A stretch of DNA of 32,000 nt from Candidatus Nanoarchaeia archaeon (GTDB lineage: Archaea > Nanobdellota > Nanobdellia > Woesearchaeales > JANQNC01): positions 270,001 through 302,000 of the forward strand of contig JANQNC010000001.1 in assembly GCA_028279745.1 (NCBI GenBank), in the 5' to 3' direction. Position 1 is the first letter of the stretch, and each line of letters opens with the position of its first letter. Under the pieces are notes generated by a model, which ran no database searches, had not been told where the DNA came from, and saw only the letters and a program-made list of their open reading frames with translations. Positions 1 through 9,286 of this stretch are shown here, in pieces. A program made the position numbers and the translations under genes.

Positions 1-1
1 T

Positions 2-1345
2 GAAAGTATCTGGACTGATGCAGTAAATAATGTAATGTCGAGATTCTACTTCAATTATAAAAGCCAAAAAGATAGAAATGAGGTTGTGAGCACCAACCAA
101 GTTATGCAAATAGTTTTTATTTTAACCATCTCAACTTTAGGGTTCTGGTTTAGCAGAGATATTTGTTTATTATTATTTGGCACCGCAAAGTACGTTCTCC
201 TCCTAAGATTGATGGTTGGAACTTTCTTTTTTAGCTCGGTAACCGCAATCCCTATGACCTTACTAAGACTTAAAGAAAGATCACTGCACTCATCAATAGT
301 AAACTTGGCAAAACTTTTGCTTGCCGTGTTCCTGAACATACTGTTTATAGTAATCTTAGATATGGGTCTTTTCGGGTTATTCCTTAGCGGCACTATTAAT
401 GCGTTTATCTTTTTTTTGATTTTAACACCAAAAATGATTTTTGAGACTGGTTTGAGATTTTCTTTAGAAAAAACAAAACCCATGGTAAAATACATGCTGC
501 CCTTAATCCCTGCAGGCGGCCTTAGCTTATTGCTACTAAAATCAGATATTTTTCTTCTTCAAAAGTTATCAACAACCGCAAATGCAGGATTATATAACCT
601 TGCAGAAATGTTTGGGCAAGCGACGCATGTTTTAATACTGGCTCCTTTTGGTTTTATATGGTTCCCTTTTGTCTTTTCAAATTTTAAAAGACCAAAAATA
701 AGGGAAACACTCTCAAGAATACAAACATACGTCTTGTTCCTCTTGATTTTGGCAGGCTTAGCAGTTTCTATGCTAATCCGTCCTGTCCTAGCAGTTATGG
801 TTGGACCAGGATTTTTTGAACTATACAAAGCGGTTCCAGTCATAATTCTAGCATTTTTCTTCTTTGGATTATATCAAGCCTTCTTTAACATAGGCTTTTT
901 GATAAGAAAAAAGACAAAGTACCAGCTTCTAGTCCAAGGTATATCGGCAATAATAATAATCGCTTTGAACCTTCTTTTAATCCCCACGTTTGGATTTATG
1001 GGCGCAGCAATATCAAAACTAATCGCCTTCTCCTTACTTGCGCTGATCGCTTACGCAATCTCATTCAAGCTTTACAACATACCCATTGAAAAAAGAGTTG
1101 TAGGTATGTTTTTTTTGGCAATACTGTTCTACTTCATCAGTAAAGCCATACCTATAAAATCTGCGATAACCCATCTATTGTTGGATGCAATCTTGTTAAT
1201 CCTATTTATTATTACACTATACCTATTCAAATTCTTCAGAGATGACGAGCTCAATAAGATAAAACAGATATTGTATAAGTTTAAGAAAGTAGGGACCAAA
1301 AACATAATAAGAACTTATTTTATGAATCCTCCCCCCACAAGTTAG
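2..1345 (+). CDS. Oligosaccharide/polysaccharide flippase, MOP superfamily (Wzx-like); 5' end probably outside the window
   Basis: The frame stays open from nt 2 to the listed ATG at 35 with no upstream stop, so the true start is probably left of the window. The product is nearly all hydrophobic helices with short K/R loops. The C-terminal half resembles Polysacc_synt_C-type flippases (GLYNLAEMFGQATHVLILAPFGFIWFPFVF). It converges on the GT2 gene and overlaps it by 4 nt. Confidence 0.75.
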   Translation, partial: ESIWTDAVNNVMSRFYFNYKSQKDRNEVVSTNQVMQIVFILTISTLGFWFSRDICLLLFGTAKYVLLLRLMVGTFFFSSVTAIPMTLLRLKERSLHSSIVNLAKLLLAVFLNILFIVILDMGLFGLFLSGTINAFIFFLILTPKMIFETGLRFSLEKTKPMVKYMLPLIPAGGLSLLLLKSDIFLLQKLSTTANAGLYNLAEMFGQATHVLILAPFGFIWFPFVFSNFKRPKIRETLSRIQTYVLFLLILAGLAVSMLIRPVLAVMVGPGFFELYKAVPVIILAFFFFGLYQAFFNIGFLIRKKTKYQLLVQGISAIIIIALNLLLIPTFGFMGAAISKLIAFSLLALIAYAISFKLYNIPIEKRVVGMFFLAILFYFISKAIPIKSAITHLLLDAILLILFIITLYLFKFFRDDELNKIKQILYKFKKVGTKNIIRTYFMNPPPTS

Positions 1346-2280
1346 CGAATTTTCAGAGTAATAAACCGGTATATATAAGGGATCAGAATAAGAAATATTT
1401 TTTTGACGGCATAACCTCTTACATTGTGTTGTTTGTGCATCTTTCTGATCAACTTCCGAGCCAACTTGTACTTTTTATCAATCAACGCGAGTTGAAACCG
1501 CAAAAACAGGATTTCTTTTACTCTTTTGCTTATCTTCCTGGAAAGAGCTTCTTTTTCTACTTCATTTAGACCATACTTTTCCATCAACCCTTGCAGGCGA
1601 CCGACTTCTTCTTTCAGCTCAGGATCCGATAGAACTTTATTAGATATGCTTTCTTTATTGTCCGCATAGGTAACAAGTACTTTTTTATTAATATAAAATC
1701 TGCATCCTGCCTTGTATAACTTGACCCACATATCTAAATCCTCCATACCTTTTGCACCTTTAGTAAAATAATCTACTTTTCTTAGTATTTCTTTTTTACA
1801 TAATACTGTTGAAGGCAACGCAGACTGATACATTAAAATATCTTTCAAAATTATGTTCTCTTTTTTTATGTTTGGATTTATTTCTGATGCTTTCTTCACA
1901 CTTTTAAGACCTCTAATCCAATAGTCAGAAGACACCAGATCAACATGCTTTTCGTTAATTAATTTTAACTGTTCATCTAAAAAGTTAGGCAGCCAGGCAT
2001 CATCTGAATCCAAAAACGCAACATACTCTCCTTTTGCTTTTTTAATTCCAGTATTTCTAGTCTCCGATAATCCTTTATTCTTTTTGTGTTGTAAATAAAC
2101 TGTATTTTTTCTTCCTTTAACCTCCGTTCTTATAATCTCATCAGTGGTGTCTATTGATGCATCATTGATTATTATCAATTCAAAATCTTGGAACGTCTGA
2201 GAATAAACACTGCGTATTGCTCTTGAAATGTAACTCTGCACATTATAAGCAGGCATTATAACACTTACTTCAGGCTTCAT
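1342..2280 (-). CDS. Glycosyltransferase family 2 (GT-A fold)
   Basis: N-terminal GT-A signature VSVIMPAYNVQSYISRAIRSVYSQTFQDFELIIINDASID and DxD-type motif AFLDSDDAW. The ATG overlaps the stop of the upstream wzz-like gene (ATGA, 2277-2280). Confidence 0.85.
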   Translation of the reverse strand: MKPEVSVIMPAYNVQSYISRAIRSVYSQTFQDFELIIINDASIDTTDEIIRTEVKGRKNTVYLQHKKNKGLSETRNTGIKKAKGEYVAFLDSDDAWLPNFLDEQLKLINEKHVDLVSSDYWIRGLKSVKKASEINPNIKKENIILKDILMYQSALPSTVLCKKEILRKVDYFTKGAKGMEDLDMWVKLYKAGCRFYINKKVLVTYADNKESISNKVLSDPELKEEVGRLQGLMEKYGLNEVEKEALSRKISKRVKEILFLRFQLALIDKKYKLARKLIRKMHKQHNVRGYAVKKIFLILIPYIYRFITLKIR

Positions 2281-3074
2281 TTTTTCTTGAAAAATTCAAA
2301 CAAATGAACTACACCAAAAGCAAAAACAAAACCAAATACTGCAAGGCCCACAACTAGCATGGGGCTTTTTGTGCTTCCTGCAGAAGGCACTTCTGCTTTG
2401 TTCAAGAATTTCAACTCTGAAGAGGGGATCATAGAAGTCACTTTAAGAATCTGTTTTTCTTCTAACAGGTTAGAATAAACCCTCCTATAAACATGCTCTT
2501 CAACCGTCAGATTATGCTCTTGATCTCCTCCCTTATACATCATCTTGTCTGAAAGACCTACAGTTTCCATCTCTTCTTCTAGATTAGTTATTCTAACATT
2601 AAGTTCTTTAATCGCATCTTCAATTATACTACTTCTTTTTTTAATATTCTCCTCAATCAGCAAATTACCCATTTCGTTCACAACAGTTGCAGCAATTTTT
2701 GGATCTTCACCCATGTAGGATAAGGAGATAACTTCACCTTGAGAACTAAACTTAACTCTGCCAGTGTTACCACCCACTCGTTCACTGACTTTATCTACCA
2801 AGTAATGACTTTCAACCAGCGCTTTAATCTCACTCATACTTTGAATGTCTCTTAAAGTATAGTCAGAATAGACTGCCGGCTCTTCAAATATTAAGCCTGC
2901 TTTTGCAGTATACTCTGGGGACTGATTCAAAAATAAAAAACCCCCCACTAGTGAAAAAATGAATATAGATATGACAAAAACCCGCTTATATCTAATTGCA
3001 AGTTTGAAATATCCAATCAGACTAAATTCTTCTTCAGTTTTTTGTTTCATCGTTAAAAGGACTTTGTTATGCAT
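2277..3074 (-). CDS. Polysaccharide co-polymerase / chain-length determinant (Wzz-like), no kinase domain
   Basis: Architecture only. N-terminal TM helix (VFVISIFIFSLVGGFLFL), a long soluble middle with a coiled-coil-like stretch (IIEDAIKELNVRITNLEEEMETV), then a proline-containing segment and C-terminal TM helix (AEVPSAGSTKSPMLVVGLAVFGFVFAFGVV). It lies between the Wzy-like and GT2 genes. Confidence 0.65.
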   Translation of the reverse strand: MHNKVLLTMKQKTEEEFSLIGYFKLAIRYKRVFVISIFIFSLVGGFLFLNQSPEYTAKAGLIFEEPAVYSDYTLRDIQSMSEIKALVESHYLVDKVSERVGGNTGRVKFSSQGEVISLSYMGEDPKIAATVVNEMGNLLIEENIKKRSSIIEDAIKELNVRITNLEEEMETVGLSDKMMYKGGDQEHNLTVEEHVYRRVYSNLLEEKQILKVTSMIPSSELKFLNKAEVPSAGSTKSPMLVVGLAVFGFVFAFGVVHLFEFFKKK

Positions 3075-3091
3075 ATAAATAGTTTTGGGTG

Positions 3092-4411
3092 CTATTTAAA
3101 AGGTTTAAAACAGTTTTTAACTGCTAAACCTAACCCGACCAAAACCCAAGTTATGGGTTGATACGGCAGAGGGAGTGTTGCCGCCATAAGAAACCACGCA
3201 ATTACACCTAATTCAAACCCCTGAATTATGTGGACAGTTCTTGATCTATTAAGTCTCTTCTTTAGATTTTGAATATCTTTAAGAATAATAAATAAAAGAT
3301 AGACAAAGGCAAAAAGAGAAACAATCCCTAATTCAACACCCATTAACACAAACGAGTTGTGAAGATTTACTTCGTTGTTACTCATCCAATAACCCCTCCC
3401 GTACCCTAACGGATTTTTAGACATTGTAATTAAACCATCTCTTGTATGTTCTAACCTATTGCCTGATGAGATAGATACATTACTTAACCTATGAAGAACT
3501 AATGAAGGGACAATAATCAAAAATAACAAAACAAAGACCACAGCAATAACTTTGAATTTTATGCTTCCTTTCTTTAAAAACAATAAAAATGCTAAAAAGA
3601 ATAATACAAGTAAAGCCATTCTAGATGCAGTCATGATTATTACATATACAAAAAATATTATTCCTACACCACACAACACCTTAACAAAAAACTTTCGCAC
3701 ATAGAATAAAAAACCAACTAAAAATCCAAGACACATCAAGAAAAATGCTGCGGAAGTGTTTGCGTCATCAAACAATCCTCCTGCGTTTAATCTATAAAGT
3801 TTCTCATCATACCTTTCACCAGTTTCATAATCTTTTGATGCGATTGTGTTAACATTCCCAGTGTTTAGATTGTAAAATCCAACTAAACCAGTCATTGCTC
3901 CCGCAGTAATCAGAATAATAAGCACATACGTAAAAACATTCTTTGAATCAAAAAAGAAATAAATAAATAATGCGAGTCCTGTAGAGATAAAAACAAAATG
4001 TATCAAACTCTCAGATAGAAAACGCATCTCACCGACTAAAAAAGAGATAACTACCCCAATATAAAAATAAATAAATACTGCCATTTTCTTACTATTTAGC
4101 TTATCTTTAATGAGAAACCTTCCTTTAATAAAAAATAAAATGTAAACAAGCAATAACAAAACAATTGCAACATTCTTCCCCACAAAAGGAACTAGGGGTA
4201 AGTAAATCATAAGAGGTACTGCACCGACCAAAATCATCACTGCAGATTTTAGATCTATGACGATTAGAGGCAATATTAAAACAAAAAAAATACCAAATAG
4301 TACTGAAAAAACCCCCTCAACTCCTGAGCTTATCAATATCACACCTATTAGAGATATCACAATGAACGATAAAAAGATAAACTTGGTTATCCTGGACACA
4401 CCATTTTCCAT
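3092..4411 (-). CDS. O-antigen polymerase/ligase family membrane protein (Wzy-like)
   Basis: Multi-pass membrane protein carrying a Wzy_C/O-antigen-ligase-like motif, NLHNSFVLMGVELGIVSLFAF, in the C-terminal third. Genomic context is next to the wzz-like gene and the GT genes. Confidence 0.7.
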   Translation of the reverse strand: MENGVSRITKFIFLSFIVISLIGVILISSGVEGVFSVLFGIFFVLILPLIVIDLKSAVMILVGAVPLMIYLPLVPFVGKNVAIVLLLLVYILFFIKGRFLIKDKLNSKKMAVFIYFYIGVVISFLVGEMRFLSESLIHFVFISTGLALFIYFFFDSKNVFTYVLIILITAGAMTGLVGFYNLNTGNVNTIASKDYETGERYDEKLYRLNAGGLFDDANTSAAFFLMCLGFLVGFLFYVRKFFVKVLCGVGIIFFVYVIIMTASRMALLVLFFLAFLLFLKKGSIKFKVIAVVFVLLFLIIVPSLVLHRLSNVSISSGNRLEHTRDGLITMSKNPLGYGRGYWMSNNEVNLHNSFVLMGVELGIVSLFAFVYLLFIILKDIQNLKKRLNRSRTVHIIQGFELGVIAWFLMAATLPLPYQPITWVLVGLGLAVKNCFKPFK

Positions 4412-4436
4412 TTTAATATTTTGACAGGATAAGAGT

Positions 4437-4449
4437 GTTATTTAAGTTT
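4437..4449 (-). promoter_or_regulatory. TATA-box-like element for the wzy-like operon
   Basis: The minus strand reads AAACTTAAATAAC, centred about 32 nt upstream of ATG 4411. Confidence 0.35.
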
Positions 4450-4478
4450 TTCCAGCATGAACTGGAATGGTTTTTAAA

Positions 4479-4488
4479 CTTTATAAAT
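4479..4488 (+). promoter_or_regulatory. TATA-box-like element for the plus-strand GT operon
   Basis: CTTTATAAAT. It overlaps the track's ATG at 4487, which argues for the downstream start at 4541. Confidence 0.3.
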
Positions 4489-4540
4489 GCATCCTGAATT
4501 AAAACACCAAGTTATAAAAGCAACTCAGAGTTTATCTTTT

Positions 4541-5698
4541 ATGATGAACGTACTCTATCACTCAAGAACTCTGGCCGTGTCTGGGGGAAGAATCCACATA
4601 GACAAGATTATTGAAAACTTAAAAAAGTTAGGAAATAAAGTTGATCTAGTTGAACCCGTTCCTGGTGGGCGAGCTTCAAAAAAAGCATCTTTTATTTTTA
4701 GGTTAAAAAGAAAACTGCCTTTGTTTATTTCAGAACTTTTAGAAATATTATATAACCTTAAATCTTACAGAGAGTTGGATAATAAAAGAAAAGAGTATGA
4801 TATAATTTATGAACGACACACACTTTTCAACAAAGCAGGAATGAAATATGCTAAAAAACACAGAATCCCTTTTGTTTTAGAAGTAAACTCCCCCATGTTT
4901 TATGAAAGGAAAAAGTACAAAGGATTATTTTACAAAAAAACAGCGAGGACCTGGGAAAGACAAGTTTTTCATGCAGCAGATAAAATAATCTGCGTATCTG
5001 AAAGATTAAAAGAAATTCTTATTGGATACGGAGTAGACAAAAATAAAATAGTTGTAATGCATAATGCAATTGATCCAGAAGAATGTAACAATTCTCTCCC
5101 AGACGAGACATTAGCCAAATATAGATTGGAAGATAAAATTGTGGTAGGGTTTGTGGGATACATGCTTAATTGGCACGGTGGAGACTGTTTGCTTAAAGTT
5201 CTTAGAAAGATCATGAGAGAAAACAGATCAGTCGTTTTTCTATTGGTAGGAAAAATGGACCATGCAAAAAATTACAAAAAGTTTCCATTTAAAAATAGGG
5301 TCAAGATTACAGGGCAAGTAGAACATAAAAAAATATTTGATTACATAAACACCTTTGACATAGCAGTTATGCCTAACAGCAACGAGTATGGTTCTCCAAT
5401 GAAAATAATAGAGTATCTGGGTGCGGGAAATGCTGTTGTTGGACCAAGAGTGCCAGCAGTAGAAGAATTGATAACATCTGGAAAAAACGGGCTTTTGATA
5501 AAACCTAATGATGAAGAACAACTTTACATTGCCTTAAAAGAGCTAATCAAAAACACTCGTTTAAAAAGAGAATTGGGGAAAAATGCAAAGAGATTTATAC
5601 TTAGCAAAGGAATGACATGGGAAAATAATGCAAAAAAAACTTTGAATGTTTTCAAGGAACTTATAAGTGATAAAAAACTGCTTAGGAAGGTAGCATGA
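4541..5698 (+). CDS. Glycosyltransferase family 4 (GT-B fold)
   Basis: C-terminal GT4 signature GSPMKIIEYLGAGNAVVGPRVPAVEELITSGKNGLLIKPNDEEQL. The ORF track starts at 4487, but that ATG lies inside a TATA-like box (CTTTATAAAT, 4479-4488). A typical GT4 N-terminus (MNVLYHSRTLAVSGGRIH) begins at 4541/4544, so I prefer 4541; 4487 remains possible. The stop overlaps the next start (ATGA, 5695-5698). Confidence 0.8.
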   Translation: MMNVLYHSRTLAVSGGRIHIDKIIENLKKLGNKVDLVEPVPGGRASKKASFIFRLKRKLPLFISELLEILYNLKSYRELDNKRKEYDIIYERHTLFNKAGMKYAKKHRIPFVLEVNSPMFYERKKYKGLFYKKTARTWERQVFHAADKIICVSERLKEILIGYGVDKNKIVVMHNAIDPEECNNSLPDETLAKYRLEDKIVVGFVGYMLNWHGGDCLLKVLRKIMRENRSVVFLLVGKMDHAKNYKKFPFKNRVKITGQVEHKKIFDYINTFDIAVMPNSNEYGSPMKIIEYLGAGNAVVGPRVPAVEELITSGKNGLLIKPNDEEQLYIALKELIKNTRLKRELGKNAKRFILSKGMTWENNAKKTLNVFKELISDKKLLRKVA

Positions 5699-6789
5699 TA
5701 GAATATATTTTTTGGGGGTTAGTTGGGTTAGTGATATACAACCTATTAGGTTATCCGCTTACACTATTTATACTAACCGTATTTTACAAGAACCAGGCCA
5801 GATCTAAACCAATAAGACCCATCGTTTCTTTAATAATTGCAGCATACAACGAAGAGAAATTTATTGAAGAAAAAATAATCAATTCATTAAGGTTAGATTA
5901 CCCAAGACTTGAGATCATAGTGATATCAGATGGATCTACTGATAGAACTGATGAAATATGCAGAAAGTATAACCACGAGATAAACTTTGTGAGACTGCCC
6001 AGAGGAGGGAAACTAAAAGCACTTAATAAAATTGTTCCTCTAGCAAGAGGAAAAGTAATTCTTCTTTCAGATGCAAACACTCTGTATGACAGCAATACCG
6101 TGAAAGAGATGGTAAAACATTTCAACGATCCGAAAGTTGGAGGTGTGGTAGGAAACATAAACTTTGTCTGCAAAAAAGGAAAACACAAACAAGGAGAATA
6201 TGTTTTTACAAAACTTGAAAGGTTTATACAAGAAAGAGAATCCTTACTGGGCTCAACAGTTGGACTAGTAGGGCCCATAAATGCTGTAAGAAAAGATCTT
6301 TATACTTCATTAAAAGGTATGGCTGTGGAAGACTTTGTTTTAGGGTTAGAGATACTAAAAAAAGGTTATAGGGTTGTGTATGACCCTGATGCAAATGCTT
6401 GGGAGGAATCAACACCAAACATAAAAGCAGAATCTGAAAGAAAAGCAAGAATAGTTGTGGGGGGAATGCAAAGTCTAAAATACATACCTTCATTTATAAC
6501 ACAACCAATTGTACTCTGGCAGTTTTTCTCAAGAAAAGTTCTTAGATGGTTTATGGCAGAAATATTACTTCTGATCTTTCTTTTCAACCTATTGTTACTA
6601 AACAAAACACCTTATCTGCTCTTTTTTAACTTGCAACTAGCATTCTATGCAGTCTCCCTCTTAGGATCAAAAGTAAATAAACTATCTTTCTTTTACTACT
6701 TTATAAAAATGCAAATCGCATCATTAAGAGGATTTCTTAGGTTTGTCACAGGCAGACAAGAGATGACTTGGAAAAGAACTGAGAGATAA
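5695..6789 (+). CDS. Membrane-anchored glycosyltransferase family 2, synthase-like architecture
   Basis: N-terminal TM helix and a GT-A core (VSLIIAAYNEEKFIEEKI..LEIIVISDGSTDRTDE; LLSDANT; AVEDFVLGLE). An xxRW-type motif (FSRKVLRW) is followed by C-terminal TM helices, as in membrane-embedded, possibly processive GT2 enzymes. Confidence 0.8.
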   Translation: MIEYIFWGLVGLVIYNLLGYPLTLFILTVFYKNQARSKPIRPIVSLIIAAYNEEKFIEEKIINSLRLDYPRLEIIVISDGSTDRTDEICRKYNHEINFVRLPRGGKLKALNKIVPLARGKVILLSDANTLYDSNTVKEMVKHFNDPKVGGVVGNINFVCKKGKHKQGEYVFTKLERFIQERESLLGSTVGLVGPINAVRKDLYTSLKGMAVEDFVLGLEILKKGYRVVYDPDANAWEESTPNIKAESERKARIVVGGMQSLKYIPSFITQPIVLWQFFSRKVLRWFMAEILLLIFLFNLLLLNKTPYLLFFNLQLAFYAVSLLGSKVNKLSFFYYFIKMQIASLRGFLRFVTGRQEMTWKRTER

Positions 6790-6792
6790 TAA

Positions 6793-7350
6793 TCAAAACT
6801 CGCCTTTTTTTGTCATACCTCCAAAAAGTAATTTCAACGCGTAACTCCAGTGTACTTCAAACACTTCTCTTTTTATTCTGTTATACACATTACGCTCTTC
6901 CCTACTAAGCACCTTACCAATCTTACTGCAGCCAGACCAAACACACATAGCTGGCCGAACATAATAACTAAGAGAACAACCTCTGCCTTCAGTAAAAAAA
7001 TCACAATTTCTTTTGTGGGATCTCTTAGGATTCATAAACGAACCTAGCGGGTAAAGTCTATAACCCCACTTAGGAGGTTGTTTGATGCCCTCAACTAAGT
7101 GCGTTATACGATCAAAAACAGTGACCCTATTAAAACCCCCCACACAACAGTGAGTTATGCAAAGTTTACATCTGCCAAGCTTAGAAAACAATCTTTCTGC
7201 ATCATCAAAAGCAGAATAAAGCTTTTTTAGATCTTTTTGCAACCTATCCTTAGTTTGCTTACGAATTACCCACTCATCAGACATGAATCTGGGCTCTAAA
7301 ATAAAATACGCAATAGAGTACAACAACGCATGACTAATTTTTCTAAACAT
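6793..7350 (-). CDS. Cys-rich protein, YkgJ/UPF0153 (CxxCxxCC-like) putative Fe-S or Zn-binding family
   Basis: This is the only minus-strand gene inside the plus-strand glycan gene run. The Cys pattern CKLCITHCC ... CDFFTEGRGCSLSYYVRPAMCVW resembles the CxxCxxCC/YkgJ family, although the first motif has one extra residue. Confidence 0.5.
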   Translation of the reverse strand: MFRKISHALLYSIAYFILEPRFMSDEWVIRKQTKDRLQKDLKKLYSAFDDAERLFSKLGRCKLCITHCCVGGFNRVTVFDRITHLVEGIKQPPKWGYRLYPLGSFMNPKRSHKRNCDFFTEGRGCSLSYYVRPAMCVWSGCSKIGKVLSREERNVYNRIKREVFEVHWSYALKLLFGGMTKKGEF

Positions 7351-7483
7351 ATTCTTAAAGGTTAGCTCCCCCAGTTATTTATATTTTGTTATTCTTTTAC
7401 GGCATCCTAAAATGCTAAAGCTTATAAAAAAGATGAAATCTACTATTAGAAGAAATATAGTGGTGCGGGGGTCGATTTTATAG

Positions 7484-8635
7484 ATGGAAGTACATATTAA
7501 GAAAATAGAAAAAAGCAGTGACTTTTTTGATCTAAAAAACGAATGGAGCGAGTTTTTTGAAAAGACCAAAAGTAAAAACCCATTTTTAACTTTTGAATGG
7601 ATGTATACTTGGTGGGAAAGTTTTAAAGATAATAAATCTAGACTTAATATCCTTCTTTTTTATAAAAAAAAAGAATTGATCGGAATCGTGCCTCTGTTCT
7701 ATAAAAAAAAATTAGGACTTTTTAGAGAATTCTTTTTCATAGGTACTGGACGTTCAGACCTGCTAAACATACTATACGCTGAAAAAGACTTTGAGCTTGT
7801 TTTTGATTATTTCATCTCCTATCTTCGTAAAACACTAAAAGGCTTTGATATAATTGATTTGCAAGATCTTTGCCTTAACCTAAATGAAATAAAGTACTTG
7901 ATGAAAAAGTGCCGCAATCTTAAGTTAAACCCAATCTATCGGGTCCAGGACTGCTGTCCGATAATAAAAACAGGCAACCTAACCTGGACAAACTATCTTG
8001 AAAAGAAAAATATAAAGAAAAAAATTATCCAAGAAGAAAGGAGGTTAAAGAAAAAAGGAGATGTTCATGTTGAAACAATTAAAAGTTTTAACATATCAAA
8101 AAGTTTTGATACCAACATATTCCAGGTCGCGAGCGATATCGAAAGAAAAAGCTGGAAATTTGTCAATGGCTCCGAAAGAATCAATACCTCAAAAAAGTCC
8201 AGAATGTTCTTTAAAAATATGTTACAAAGATTTTCATCAAAAGGCATGGTTGAATTTCGAGTATACTGCTTGGACAAACTGCCCAGAGCTTACTCCATAC
8301 TTTTCAACCTAGGTAAAAAAACTTTCTACTACAATACTGCATTTGACAATGCCCTCTTGCCTCTTGGACCTGGTGCTCTTCTCTTAATTAATAATGTACG
8401 GGAAAGTTTCAATAACGGATTTGAAGAATTTAACTTTCTAAGGGGGCACGAAGATTACAAGAATAAATGGACTACTGAAACACAAAGCTTATATGAACTG
8501 GTAATCACAAAATCACAAATGCACCCCAAACAAGTGTACTACAAGACAAGATGGTTCTCTGCAAGAATCCCCTTCATTATAACCGCCGCAGGAAAATTCA
8601 GAGGAACAATCCAAAAGTTGAAAAGAAAAAAATGA
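7484..8635 (+). CDS. CelD/BcsL-like GNAT acyltransferase (Acetyltransf_6, FemAB-like fold)
   Basis: The N-terminus FFDLKNEWSEFFEKTKSKNPFLTFEWMYTWWESF and the overall length match the CelD-like GNAT proteins common in exopolysaccharide loci. The stop overlaps the deacetylase start (ATGA, 8632-8635). Confidence 0.65.
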   Translation: MEVHIKKIEKSSDFFDLKNEWSEFFEKTKSKNPFLTFEWMYTWWESFKDNKSRLNILLFYKKKELIGIVPLFYKKKLGLFREFFFIGTGRSDLLNILYAEKDFELVFDYFISYLRKTLKGFDIIDLQDLCLNLNEIKYLMKKCRNLKLNPIYRVQDCCPIIKTGNLTWTNYLEKKNIKKKIIQEERRLKKKGDVHVETIKSFNISKSFDTNIFQVASDIERKSWKFVNGSERINTSKKSRMFFKNMLQRFSSKGMVEFRVYCLDKLPRAYSILFNLGKKTFYYNTAFDNALLPLGPGALLLINNVRESFNNGFEEFNFLRGHEDYKNKWTTETQSLYELVITKSQMHPKQVYYKTRWFSARIPFIITAAGKFRGTIQKLKRKK

Positions 8636-9276
8636 TAAAAAAACTAATAAAAAAAGCAGTATTGAGCTTAATACCTAACCGATACATTATCAGAAAAGGA
8701 AAAAACAAACTTTACCTGACTTTTGATGATGGTCCCAATCCAGTTTACACCCCCAAAATTCTAGACATATTAAAAGAAAGAAACATTAAAGCAACTTTTT
8801 TCTTGATTGGTGAAGAAGCAGAAAAATACCCTGATATAGTAAAAAGAATCCATCAAGAAGGTCACAGCATAGGCAACCACACACATACGCATTCAAACCT
8901 ATCCAAACTGTCAAAAAAAGAAATAAGAAACGAAATTATCAAATGTTCTGAAGCCATAAGAAATATAACTGGTGAACGACCATCACTGCTTAGACCCCCT
9001 TTCTTAAAACTATCTTTGATCTCTTGGTTCCTAAATAAAACACCCAAAGTAAGATTAGTTCTTAACTCACTAGATAGCCTAGACTATAAAAAAGAAAATG
9101 AAAACATAATAATCTCAAGAGTCAACCCAAATAAGGTAAGAAATGGAGACATTATATTATTTCATGATAACAACAAATATTCACAATTTAAGGGAACACA
9201 GGAAAGTACCATTAATGCACTTCCAACAATATTAACAAGACTTCAGAGAAAAAAATTTCGATTTGGAAAATTATGA
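8632..9276 (+). CDS. Polysaccharide deacetylase (NodB homology domain, CE4)
   Basis: All NodB motifs are visible: TFDDGP, HSIGNHTHTH, LLRPPF, DSLDY, IILFHD. I moved the start from track position 8551 to ATG 8632. That ATG forms an ATGA overlap with the upstream stop and gives a normal N-terminus (MIKKLIKK...). Confidence 0.9.
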   Translation: MIKKLIKKAVLSLIPNRYIIRKGKNKLYLTFDDGPNPVYTPKILDILKERNIKATFFLIGEEAEKYPDIVKRIHQEGHSIGNHTHTHSNLSKLSKKEIRNEIIKCSEAIRNITGERPSLLRPPFLKLSLISWFLNKTPKVRLVLNSLDSLDYKKENENIIISRVNPNKVRNGDIILFHDNNKYSQFKGTQESTINALPTILTRLQRKKFRFGKL

Positions 9277-9286
9277 GGAGAACAAG

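Noticed and set aside
7365-7473. C5 run (AGCTCCCCCAG, about 7365-7375) and G5 run (GTGCGGGGGTCG, about 7462-7473) flanking an AT-rich spacer, considered as a long-range stem
   Set aside because: Complementarity does not extend beyond the five G/C pairs. Each run is better explained as an SD-like element (GGGGGAG on the minus strand for the YkgJ-like gene) or as chance.
7375-7569. 64-aa minus-strand ORF across the 7351-7483 divergent spacer and the start of the CelD-like gene
   Set aside because: It overlaps a well-supported gene start and the promoter region. It is a hydrophobic, low-complexity AT-rich artefact.
8551-8631. Track N-terminal extension of the deacetylase, and similar TTG-initiated extensions at 9263 and 12413
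   Set aside because: Each overlaps the preceding gene's 3' end out of frame. Downstream ATGs form ATGA couplings or follow an SD and give normal N-termini.
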